Source of the DNA: the human T2T-CHM13v2.0 reference genome, Homo sapiens
Direction: 5' to 3' (one strand)
Assembly: GCF_009914755.1 (NCBI RefSeq)
Contig: NC_060932.1
DNA: 64,000 bases
Of the stretch, positions 16,461-28,590 are shown piece by piece. The notes under the pieces were generated by a model. It had not been told where the DNA came from and did no database searches. It saw nothing but the letters and a program-made list of their open reading frames with translations. Position 1 is the stretch's first letter, and each line of letters begins with the position of its first letter. The translations under genes and the position numbers were made by a program.

Positions 16461-19289
16461 CAGTAGCAAGAAAGAGGTACAATGTGGATAACTTTAATCA
16501 GCCCAGAACCAACACAAAGCATAGCGAAGAGGTTTGGCTGCACTTTCCAGAAACTCCAGATGCCAAACATGTTTCACCCATTTTTTTATCCCTGTCTTCC
16601 AGGCTTCTGATATTCATGACAAGATGGGAGATGATACTAAATGGGCCCATTTCTTCAGTGATGGTTTCCCATAACTAAGCAGTGTCGTTAGAACCACCTA
16701 TATTATTGCCGAGCCAGCTGGAGTCTTAAAAGTTTATTTCCTAGAACACATAGTCCACATAATCTCTTCCATTACTGCTGGAAGGCAGCAGGGTACCTCT
16801 CCTGTAGTGCCTCATGCCACCACAAATAGATCATGCAGAAATCAGGTGGCAATGGGGTCTCTCCTGCTATTTGCACCATATGATGGCTGTTTGTTGTGCT
16901 GGACTCTTCATTTGCCACTTGAGCCACGGTGTTCAGCTCCTATCCGCCCTGGAAAAAAACACTGGCAAAGTCAGCTGGGCCAGGATGCTTTGCATTTTGA
17001 GGAATCATGAAATGGCCAGTCCCAGCTAATGGATAAAAGGTAACTCACCATCCCCACAGTGACCCAAGGACTATACTGGACAATAGAGACAAAAATGCAT
17101 CCCCTCCTCCCAACTGGTGAAGACAATCTAGAGACAGTGCAAGAGTGCTCCCTTCTGCCCAGAGCTCAAATTGCCCTAACTTCACACAGTTTCACCTCAA
17201 GAGAGTTTGAGATGAACCCTTCTGCTTCTGGAGCACACATCTTAAATGCTATCCCATAGTCGCCCCTTAAGCCTGCACTTAAGATTTCACCTTTATGATC
17301 TCATTTCATCTCTTCAACAACCTCAATAGCTAAGTAGAGCAGATATCATCACACCCTCTAACAGGTGATTTGAAACAGGTGCCTCAATAGTAAATTACTT
17401 ACCCAACGTCAGGAAGACTCCCCACAGAAAGCCTCATCTCCGTATTTAAAATTCAGTGGCTGCAAAGAATGGCTTTAAATTCTCCTGCACCCCGAAAAGT
17501 ATAGGCAAGATTCTGCAATTCTGGGTCATCCTCAGTGATGAAGGGGCTGGGGAGGAATGGAAAACTGGCAGAGGGACTATCTACAGTCATTATAAGTCAA
17601 TACAGGCTTTATTAGCTTTCCTGTTGAGATCTGACCTACCTAGCGCTATCTTCTTGGTTTCTCATGAATCTACTGTTCTTCACTACCTGCCCTCAGTAGG
17701 AGCTGCCAGAATGGAAATGACTATCAAATCTGAAGAGAAAACAGACGAGACTTGTGCCACAGAGAGCATCGATCCAGGACTACGGGGTTCAAGGCTCTCA
17801 GCTCACTCAGACCATGGGGGTAGGGAAGAGGAGGGGAGGACAGGTGCTTCTTCAGGTACAAGTGAATTTCCTATCCCTGGAGTTTACAAGCAGAAGCAAG
17901 CATAGTAATCCCACCTCTCAGTCTGCACACCTGAGAAACACACACATTTGTTTGCACAAGGAGCCACATACAAGATTCTTTTTACAGTAGGAGAAAAAAA
18001 GAGATGACAACAATTTATCAGTAGAGGAATGGTGAAATAAACCATGATATATCTCCATTAATCAATACTAATAATCAGTTAAAAGAAAGAGGTATATTTG
18101 TACATAATTTCAAGAAAAAGTCCAAGTGATATAATAATGAGAGATGAAATTATTTGATTTATGTTAAAACATATACATACCAAGGTACCCAAACATGTAT
18201 ATAAAGATGTAGATAAAGCTTTAGAAAGCTGTGCACCAAAATGTTAACATGGGTTTCCTCTGAGAAAACTTCAGGGGTTTGGAGAAAACCTCCTAAAGGA
18301 GACTTTGGCCTTACCTGTGATATTTTACGATATCACCTTATAAGAAGGTATTTACATATTAGAAATGCAACTAAACATTAATTTTTTTCTTAAAATTCAG
18401 GCCCTTTCTACTGGACACTTCAAATTTCAGCTGGGGCATGGAGACAGTTTCTGTTTTTCCCGGACCAGCCACTGTTAAAAGGTACCAAAATAGAGCCCTT
18501 TGCAATTCAAACAGTTGATAGAATTTTAGGAAGATAGACCTAAATAGTCAGAGCATTGCACCAGAAAATGACAATGAAGTCCCTTCTAATCCAAAGATTT
18601 AATAGTCCTATATGTGTATCAATGCACCATGCATTGATTCAAGGGCTGATGGAAACTAATATAGAAGCACATTCATAAATGTGTGGTTCTTCCCAAAGAC
18701 AGACTTCTCCATTAGTGGGAAAGAGAATTGTTTTTATGGCTAACCAGGCAAGCAAACTTGGTGAGTTTTAGCTGCTTTATCTATCTTCTGGGTACATGTA
18801 AGATACATTCAGTACAGCAATCCAGCTGTCTGAATTACCTGTGCCTAGCTGATGATGGCTAAAATCGATGTTCCTTTTCCAGAATGTCAAGAGATTATGG
18901 TTTTGTTGGGGGTGAATTGCTGAGAGAAACAGAAAAACCTGAAAGATCAAACTGGAATCCTCCAGGAGCTGGACTCCACGGTAGAAGGAGAGCGGGTGCC
19001 TTCACTTCCACCCCCTGAAGTCTAGAGACCATTTTGTATCAAATTGTACTTAGCAGTCATGGAAGGAAGCTTGCACAAACTTAATGTTCTTCAATGGCTG
19101 TGCTCACTTAAAGTTAATTTTATTGTGGCAGTTGTTGTCTTGAAAGTTTAGAATAAAGAGACTCCAGGAGGTCTTTTCATAACAGATAATGATGCTGGAA
19201 TGCAGAAATGTTTTGCGGAATAGCTTGGAGGGATAAATTAATTAATTATTTGGGCTAAAAATGAGCTGGAAAGAAATGGAAAAAATACT

Positions 19290-19440
19290 ACACTTGGAAC
19301 TAGAAGACCAAGGTTCAACACTCGGCTGCCATACTCACTAGTTGTATGACCTTGAGCAATACAGCGAACCTCTCAGAGCCACATTGTCATCTGTAAAATG
19401 GGTATAATGCTAACATGCAACTGGTCACAAGGTTGTCATA
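19290..19440 (+). mobile_element. MIR
   Basis: actagttgtatgaccttgagcaa ... catctgtaaaatgggtataat. Confidence 0.75.
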
Positions 19441-19469
19441 CAGTACTAATAAAATAGTTATCATTAGTT

Positions 19470-19590
19470 TCAGTTGACTGATGAGGAAACTGAGACTCAA
19501 AGGGTTAAATGAATTTCCCAAGGACACATAGCTAGTGAGTGGCAGAGCCCAGTTTAAAACCCAGGTACATGTGGCTGCAATGTCTCAATT
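19470..19590 (-). mobile_element. MIR (opposite orientation to its neighbour)
   Basis: gatgaggaaactgagactcaaagggttaaatgaatttcccaaggacacatagctagtgagtggcagagc. Confidence 0.8.
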
Positions 19591-20729
19591 CTTCCATGCC
19601 ACCATTCTCTGCAAATATGTTGGGTTTAATATTGGTTATTTGAACTCCATTCATACCTAGGTCCCATCCTGCAGCACCTGGCAAAGAAATTAGTAAATAT
19701 TAGGTATTCATTATGTATTTGTTGAATAAACCAACCCATAAATCAATCAGTGAGTAAGCTAACAATTTTTTGATTCATTTACAAATACTATTAAATAGTT
19801 ATGTGCATAACACATGGGTGATGATTGTTTCATGTTCATAATGTCATAAATATATTTCTCCAAATTTGATATGTGTGTTTCAAATGTTAATGTTTGTATA
19901 TATGTTTGCATCTGTAATGTATGAGTGTGTGTGTGTCCAAAAGTGAAGGAACATGAGAATAAGATAAAAACAAAAGCAACTGTATTCTGTGAACAGCCTC
20001 CTTGGTATTAGATAGATGCCAGCACCTGTCTTTGGAAACTCTGGAAGCTCTCTGGGCAGTATCTCCTTCCACACCTCAGCTGACAGCCTTTACTTTGAAT
20101 TGCATAGAGAATTGTCTTTGAGGAGCAATTCTAGCTCCTTTCTCCATCAGCATTTGGTACATAGAAAAGGTCAGACTTGCAATTGGATCTATTTTCTGCA
20201 TTCCCAAGGTTCTGGCTCAAAGTGAAACATCAGGGAGCTTTGTGATCAAATAACCAATGTGATGAGACAGCCTTTCATTACACAATAAAGGCCACCGGCG
20301 CCTGCTTCCACCTTGCCATGTGGGACAAAGGTGGTCTATGGAATGCTGAACTTCCAAGTCTGGCTCAAAAATGCAGTTCAGGCCTCCAAGACAACACCCA
20401 GCTGCCTTTTCCATTTGCAGTAATGTTTTCAAAACCTCGATTCTCCTTTTCCTCTTGGCTATAGATTTCAGACTGGTCTGGAATCTTTGTGACTTCATAG
20501 GCTCATAGATAACTAGGAGTCACAACTCTCATTCTTATTCCACCTCTTAACAACTAAGTTATTTGGGGAAGTTCCTTGAGCCCTCTGAGCCTCAAGTTTC
20601 TCCTCTGTGAAATGGGAGTAACGATACTTAGAGGTTCAAATGAGTGGCACATATTGAAGTGTGGAATGCTTATCAACTGCAAGGTTTCATTAAGCCAAAG
20701 TAGGAAAATGCTAGCATATGTGAAAGATA

Positions 20730-20921
20730 AAAATATAAATTTTGACTATGTAAAGGTTTCCCAGTTGAATTTGAATTTCAAATAAACAAATAATTTTATA
20801 GCAGAGATATGTCCCATGCAATACTTAGGATAGACATACACTAAAAATATATTTGTCATTTATCTGAAATTCGAATTTAACCGGGTGTCCTACTTTTATT
20901 TTTTTCAGAATATGGCAGTTC
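20730..20921. mobile_element. MER53 palindromic hAT MITE
   Basis: cccagttgaatttgaatttcaaataaa (20760-20786) and tttatctgaaattcgaatttaaccggg (20859-20885) are 23/27 complementary; central tatgtcccatgcaatac. Confidence 0.85.
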
Positions 20922-22290
20922 TACTCCCAGCCTTAGCCCCTCAGCCACAGTCACCTGGCTGAACTCAGAGCTTGGCAGGTATAGAATGTGGGCCAGGTTG
21001 GGGGGTGTTGGATTTCTGGAGCTACAAGAGATTTGCTCCAGGTACCTGAGGAAAAGGTGTCCAGAAAGGTGTGATGAGGAGAAGCACAGGAGGGAGGGAG
21101 AGAAAGAACAGTACTTTGTTACCAGAGCCAGAATCCCATTGAGAGGCTGCCACTGCCACCTCAAGACTCCATAAAGCTCCAGTAATAATTACCACCCTCA
21201 CAGCATCCATCACAATGATCAAATGAGATAAGGCACATCCAGTGCTAAGACCTGGCACTTAGCAAACTCTCCAAAACAGCCTTTATTATTATTTTTTGAG
21301 GGACTGAGAAGTAGCATGTATTGGACATATTGATATCCCCAGCCCCAAAGTGAGTATTGTATAGATATCATCTCAGGCAAACATCATAACAATTTTCCAG
21401 GGTAGTTCCTGTTATTGATTGCAGTTTACTAAGGTACAGAGAAGTTGACACCTCCACAAGTCCTCTTGGCACTTGATAGTAAGTGGTGGAGACCACATTT
21501 GAATCCAGGCCTGCTTGTGGTTAAAGTCTACCTTTCTGCACTGCACTAAGCTGCTTGGAAGAATCCTTTCGGGGTCCTCATGTTTTGGTAACCCATTTGC
21601 TGCTGACACCACTAGAAGACTTGAAGCCATTTCCGAATGACTTCAAGCTGCTCCTTTCTGAAATAGCGTACTGTTACCCATTTTAGAGAAGGCACATGGG
21701 GACAGGAAGTGACTGTCCCAGGTTGCCTCTTAAGAGATTAAGTGCAAGAGGCTCCAAGCTGAAATGGAGGCATCAGGACAGGGTCCTGACCCCCTTCCAG
21801 GCCCCCTTACTGACCAGCCCCTGAGAGCAGGGCTACACTTCTGTCTGGTGACCTCTGCTAGTGTTAAGGGGCCCACTCTTTGCTCCATCTCTCTTGGCCC
21901 AGAGCCAGGGGTGGGCTGTGGAAAGACACAAGGGTGGATAAGTCTGAATGGACCCCCCCTCCAATGGTCACACCCCCCCCAGCCCCAATTCAGTTAAAGA
22001 TTGCAGGAAGTGGTTTGTCCGTTTAGAAGTCTTCACAGCTCTGAGGCCCTTCTGAGAAATTAACTTGCAGTTCTCTAAAGATAGATTGCGCAAAATGGGA
22101 GGGGGCAGCCCCCAAGGACCCTCCAACAGCAATTCTCCTGAGGACTTCCAGAGACCTCTGCCAGTGCCCCCACCCCCACCCCGCCCCCTTGAGCAGCTGC
22201 CTGTCCTTGGATGGACCAAATCAACACCCGACTCTTGTGCAAGGCTCGGGTTTCATGTCCCCAGTGAACAAATTCTGTTCTGAAGAGGCA

Positions 22291-22365
22291 GTGGGGTGGG
22301 GAGGCTGAGGCGGGGAGGGGACATCAAAAACAGGGGGAGGGGAGGGGAGGATGGTGGGGGTGGGG
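22291..22365 (+). other. G-quadruplex-forming G-run cluster
   Basis: gtggggtggggaggctgaggcggggagggg and gggggaggggaggggaggatggtgggggtgggg: nine runs of >=4 G. Confidence 0.6.
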
Positions 22366-23805
22366 TTTTCAGCTGCTCATGTCATTTATTTTCCACGGAA
22401 TCTTAACTGTAATTTCAAACTGCATCTGGGTTTTCTGAAACTATGTGATTTGCCATGAGGTTCACAGAGAGTTTAGGCCTTGCTCCAAACTTCAGCGCTT
22501 TCACGCCTAGAAAAACAGGATCCAGGAAGGCAAAGTGATGTGAAGAAGGGGATACTGCTGTCCCCTGATGGAGGGACATGTAAAGAAATAAATAAGCAAT
22601 TGGTTTAGCCAGGGTAGAGGGTAGGGACATGGGTGCCACTCAAACATTGAAATTTCCTAGCAATCAGACAGAGCAGAGCTGGCCTTGGGAGGAACAAGTC
22701 TGTAATTTTTTTTTTTTTTTTTTTTACTTTGGACAGAGTTTTTAAGCAACTGGTTTTGGAAAAAGAAGGTGGTTCTACCAAGAAAGGCTAAGATGGGCTT
22801 GAAGCTTACATATGCCGCCAACCCATATCCCCAACCAGCACCCTGATCAGAATTGCTCCTTCGCTTACACAATCCTTAAGATTTACTCCAGTTTGTTTGC
22901 AGATCTCCTGTCTGGAGTATTGGGGATATAGAGACTGAGACACAGTGAGCTTGGGATCTAGTGAGAGAGGCGGAAAAGACATAGACGAAGAGGACCCTGT
23001 GGTTCCATACAACAGCATGAGTATTGCAAAGCGTAGCTGTGCAGAGAAGGGAGCGACACCCTGAGGGCGATGGGAGCTGCAGGCAGAGACCATCAGAGGA
23101 GCCTCCTGGAGAGGATGGCAGTGAGCTGTGTTTGAAAGATGAATTCCAGGCAGACAGGTAGCCAAGCCCCATTCTGGCGTGAGCAAATAGCATGTGCATG
23201 GAGCCATAAAACAGCCTGGACAATGTGGGTCTGTAATTGTTCAGAGGAAAGGATGTGGGTCACAGTGGAATCGAAGCCCCAGCCCCCTAAAGCACTGGGC
23301 CATGAAGTCCCAGGGAACAAGGATCTGCTATAAGCTCTGAGTAGCTTATTACCCAATCTGGAACTCTAGGAAAGAGGGCACACCGGGGCTTAGACTCCCA
23401 CAGTCAAGACCCTCCAGCCACACAGGACTTAAACATCATCACTTCCCCTCTCAGGGCCCAGCCCACTGGGTAGACTTGCCTGCTAGAGATCTCTACCATG
23501 CCCAGCCCAAAGCTCGACCCCAGAAAGCCAGTTGGAGCCTCAGGACAAACTGCGAATCCCAGCCGCCTTTCATGTCTGTCATACGTGTTTGCCTCCTAAG
23601 TCACCCACCCTCTCAGCCACGGGGCTTCTGTTCTTTCACTCCCTACCAGTTTGCACTATAAGATGATTTGTCTCCTCTGCGCACTCAATGTTCTCACTTT
23701 CGCACATTTCCACTGTGTCCCGAGAAACTTATTTCCCTTTAACCTCAACCTTTCCATCAAATTATAATTCTTTCTTTTCCACCTTCGTAACTTAGATTTG
23801 ACCGG

Positions 23806-23824
23806 GCAGCACTAGAGGGAGCTC
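23806..23824 (+). promoter_or_regulatory. Candidate CTCF motif
   Basis: gcagcactagagggagctc versus the core CCASYAGRKGGCRS; motif match only. Confidence 0.45.
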
Positions 23825-24343
23825 CTCCCCTCCTCCCCTGGGACCCTTGGAACTGGGCCCATTCTCCAGGCCCACACGCCTAAAGGTAGGAGGTGGAGGC
23901 AGGAAACCCATCAGAATCAGTGTTTCCACCACCCATTCCTGCATTCCTGCAACCTGGCAAAATCCCAAACCTGAATTAAACTCACTGTCGCCTTCTTTGA
24001 TCTTCTATTGGGGTGACTGGGCACAGCTGGAGAAAATTGCAGAGCAGAGAAGCAACACGACATCTCCATCACTCCACAGCAAACGTCTGTTCAACACATT
24101 CAGTCTCTCGGTATCAAGGTTACTGGTCCATTCTTTTTCTTCTGCTAGTTTAGCAGCCTTGCCATTAACTTCCAAAAACTTTTCCTTTCAACTTCCCTAG
24201 CTTATCCCCATTATCCTAAAACATAACCTGGCTTTCTGATCCAAAATAAAGTTGAGACCATTGGGTATGCACAAGTTAAATTCCTGTCCAACTCTCTCAA
24301 AATTAACTATTCCTGTGTCTTCTTCCCTTCTAGTATCAGAAGA

Positions 24344-24831
24344 TGTATTGATTTCCTATTGCTGTTATGACAAATTACCCCAAACGTAGTGACTTAAAAT
24401 GACACAAATATTCTCTTACATTTCTGGATGTCAGAAGTCCAAAATGAGTCTCACAAGGCTAAAACTCAAAGTGGTCTGCCAACAACAATCAGGCAGACCT
24501 GGTTTCTTCAGGAGAAAATCAGTTTCCTGCCTCTTCTGGCTTCAAATGGCTGCCAGCATTCCCTGGCTTATGGCTGCATCACCCCAGACTCTGCTCCCGT
24601 GGTCACATTGCCTGCTTTTCTTCTATAGTCAAATCTTCCTTTGCCTCCCTCTTAGAAGGACACTTGTGATTATGTTAAAGGCCCACCCAAATAATCCAGA
24701 ATAATCTCACTCTCTTAAGATCCTTAATTTAATCACATCTGCAAAGTCCCTGTTGCATATAAGGTAGCATTCACAGGTTCAGGGGATGGGGATATGTGCA
24801 TCTTTGAGGGGCCATTATTCAGCCTCTCACA
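24344..24831 (-). mobile_element. MLT1D-like solo LTR (ERVL-MaLR)
   Basis: Starts tgtattgatttcctattgctg; ends ggccattattcagcctctcaca; taatcacatctgcaaagtccc. Confidence 0.85.
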
Positions 24832-24999
24832 AATGATGCAGTGTGACTGCATCTTCATGGCCACGCCTCCATCTATTCCCCTCAAGATCTCTGCTCCTCC
24901 CCCTTTCTAGCCTCTAATGTCGTCTTCCAGTCCCTATGAGTTCACTCCCATGAGCCTATAAACATAATCAAGTGTCTTCCATATTAAAATATAAACACT

Positions 25000-26500
25000 C
25001 TCTGGATCTAACGTTTTCCTCCAACCTCTATTTCTACTCTACCTTTTCTTCTAGAACATTCTGGAAAGCATCCTCTTCACTTGCTGTCTCCACTTCTCAC
25101 CTCCCCCTCCCTAGCCAGATCACTACAATCTCCCTTTTCTCCCACTGCTCCACCAGAACTGCTCTGACATGTCTCCAGTGACCATGATATTGACAAAACA
25201 ACGAACATGTTTCAGTCCTATTCTAACTGAAGTCTCCACTTATTGGACTGTGGACTACTCACAGATTTTTATTTCTGAAACTTTCTTTTGCTTGCTTATG
25301 TTCCTCATCTTCTGCTAATTATTTCTTTTCATTATTATTCATGAGTTCCCTCTCCTCTTTCCACTTTTTGAATACTAGAATTGGGTTCTCCCCATAGACA
25401 CCCTGCTTGGATTATCTAATCTACTCTCCTTGTTTTAACAACCACCTATGTGCTGGTGTCTTTTATTTATTTATTTATTTTTGAGACAGAGTCTCACTCT
25501 TGTTGCCCAGGCTGGAGTGCAACGGCGCTATCCCAGCTCACCACAATCTCCTCCTCCGGGTTCAAGTGATTCTCCTGCCTCAGCCTCCAGAGTAGCTGGG
25601 ATTACAGGTGCATGCCACCATGCCCAGCTAATTTTGTATTTTTAGTAGAGACAGGGTTTCTCCATGTTGGTCAGGCTGGTCTTGAACTCACAATCTCAGG
25701 TGATCCACCTGCTTCAGCCCCCCAAAGAGCTGGGATTACAGGTGTGAGCCACCACATCTGGCCTGCAGGTGCCTTCTAAGACTGCATTTCCAGCTCCACT
25801 GTCTCCCCTAAGTCCTTTATTCAGTTGCCCACTTGACACCTCCAGCTTGATACTCCACAGCCTCCTCAGGGTGATGAAACTTGTACATTCTCCTATGTTT
25901 CAAATCTCCATCAAAGTCATCATTAGCTACCCAGTCATCACTTTTCTCCAAATCACCAAATCTTAATGATTTCACCTTTCTAAATGTTTGTTTTCCCTTT
26001 TATCTACTGACCCACTGACTTAGTTTAGGATATTGTGCAAAAGCCCCATAGCTGTTCTTACACCGCCCTGCTCACCCCTGCCCACAGTGGATCCATCCTA
26101 CATGCAGTCTTCAGATCTGTTTTTCTATTTGATCTCTCTGCTTGAAACATTTCAATTGCCCCACATCACTTTCAGAATAAAACCAGAGTAAATACTCTTT
26201 ATACTGGAATCCCAGCCCTCTCCAATCTTGCCCCCATCTCTCTCTCCTGCCTCTTATAGTTGTTCTTTAGTTAGTTAACACCAAGCTTCTTTTAATTCCC
26301 ACAAATGTCATGACGTTTCTTACCTTTCACCATTGTTCATGCTATTTTTTTACACTTCTTTGATGGCAAACCCGATCTTTAAGCATGGGCTCAGATAGCA
26401 CCTCTTATGAGAAACCATCTGTAAATCCCCAGGCCTTCCTCTGAACTCACTGACTGCCCTCTATGTTTCTCTACTAGCACCTAGCACATTATTGAACTGA
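25000..26500 (+). mobile_element. L2 fragments (interrupted by an Alu)
   Basis: C/T-rich L2 sense sequence; degenerate RT 'YAD' region caaccacctatgtgctg near 25440. Confidence 0.6.
25461..25763 (-). mobile_element. AluSp-like, full length
   Basis: ctcttgttgcccaggctgg, tttctccatgttggtcaggctgg; (TTTA)n tail; degenerate TSD tgctggtgtctt / tgcaggtgcctt. Confidence 0.92.
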
Positions 26501-26791
26501 GGAAATAGAAGCATTTAGATGAGAAAGTCTACATATTCTCTTCTTCCAGTTTCTGTCCCTTTTTTCTCTTTCCCTTACAGCAAACCACAGAAGAGGAGTC
26601 TATTTGACCGCATTGCTTAAAACTCTTCAATCAAGTGGTGCTCTCCATCACTTCCAGAATAAAGCCAGGAAATACTTCCCAGACTGTAATAGAAAGCTCT
26701 CGGGTCAGAGCTACCTCCTGGAATCTCTCCTACCTCACTGGCCATTTTTATTCTGCCCCTTTGCTGATCTATCTCATCACCACAAACTTCA

Positions 26792-26872
26792 TTTCTCTAT
26801 AACAGTTTTATTTCTCTATAACAGTTTTATTGAGACATAATTCTCTATAACACTTTTATTGAGACATAATTC
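26792..26872. repeat. Nested short tandem duplications at an L1 3' end
   Basis: ttctctataacaSttttatt occurs three times; tgagacataattc twice. Confidence 0.85.
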
Positions 26873-28590
26873 ACACACTGTACAATTCACCTATTTGACA
26901 TATACAATTCAGTGATGTTTAGTATACTCACAGGTATGTGCAACCATGAGCACAGCCAATTTTAGAATACTTTCACCAACTCAAAAGGACATCCCATGCC
27001 TTTTAGTTATTACCCTCTTATCTCCCTACTCCCTCTAGCCCTAAGCAACCACTGGTCAGCTTTCTGTCTCTATAGATTTGCCTATTCTGTCCATTTCATA
27101 CAAATTGAATCATTTAAGATGTAGTCTTTTTGACTACATTTAATTTAGCATAGTCATTTCATTTAGCATAATGTTTTCAAGGTTCATCATGTTGTGGCAT
27201 GTATCAATACAGGATTCCTTTTCATGACTAAATAATATCCCATTTTATGAGCATACCATATTTTGTTTATCCATTTTTCAGTTGATTAGGACTTCCTTGT
27301 TTGGGCTATTATAAATAATACTGCTATCAACATTTGTGTACAAGTCTTCATGCAGGCATATATTTTCATTTATCTTGGGTATATAGCTAGGAGTGGAATT
27401 GCTGGGTCACATAGTAACTCTGTGTTTAACCATTTGAGGAACTGCCAGACAATTTGTCAAAGTGACTGCACCACTTGACATTCCTGACAGCAGTATACAA
27501 AGCTTCTGGTTCCTCCATATTCTCACCAACACTTGAAATTGTTTGACTGTTTAAATTTTAGTCTTCCTAGTGGATATGAATGCATATCTCATTGTGGTTT
27601 TAATTTACATTTCCCTGATGACTAATGTCAAACACCTTTTCATGTGCTTACGAACCATTTGTATACCTTATTTGGAGAAATGTCTTTTCAGATCGTTTGC
27701 CCATTTTTAATTAGATTATTTGTCTTTTTATTATTGAGTTTAAGAGTTCTTTATATAGTCTAGATACAAGTTTTTTGTCAAATTTATGACTTGCAAATAT
27801 TTTCTTCCATTCTTGTCTTTGTACTTTCTTGATTGTGTCCTTTAGAGCATAGAAGTTTTTTATTTTGTTGAAGATTCATTTATCTTATTTTTCTTTTGTT
27901 GCTCATGCTTTTGGTGTCGTATCTAAGAATTCATTGCCAAATTAGAGGTCATGATGATATATTTGTACATATCTTCTAAGAGTTGTATAGTTTTAGCTCT
28001 TATGCTTAGATCCTCGATCCACTTTGAGTTAACTTTTTATATGGTGTGAGATAAGGACCCAATTTTACCCTTTCGAGTGGGGATATCCAGTATTCCTATG
28101 AAAGACTACTCTTTCTCCTATTGAATGATCTGGGCATCTTTGTTGAAAACCAGTTGATTACAGATACATGGATTTATTTCTGGACTCTCAATTTTATTCC
28201 ATTGATCTACATGTTTGTACTTATTCTGGTACCACACTCTCTTGACTACTGATGCTTTGTTGTAAGTTTTGAAACCAGTAAGTGTGAATCTTTCAACTTT
28301 GTTTTTATTTTTCAAGATTGTTTTCATAATTCAAGATCCCTTGAAATTCCATATGAATTTCTGGATAAGCTTGTCAATTTCTACAAAGAAGCCAGCTGGG
28401 ATTCTGATAAGGATTCCATTGAATCTCTAAATCAATTTGGGGAGTATTGCCATCTTAACAATACTCTTACACGCCACAAATATAAAATACTTTTTATTTA
28501 TTTTAATCTTTAAACTCTAAAACATTTAAAATTTTTGAGTTTTCAGAGCATAAGTTTTATGCTTCTTTTGTTAAATATATTACTAAACGT
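26850..28590 (-). mobile_element. L1MB-type 3' UTR/ORF2 fragment
   Basis: ttttattgagacataattcac 3' end; minus-strand ORF 28118-28327 resembles ORF2 (DQWNKIESPEINP). Confidence 0.88.

Noticed and set aside
18870-18990. Possible exon (ttccttttccag acceptor ... acg/gtagaa donor)
   Set aside because: Weak donor and no recognisable peptide in any frame.
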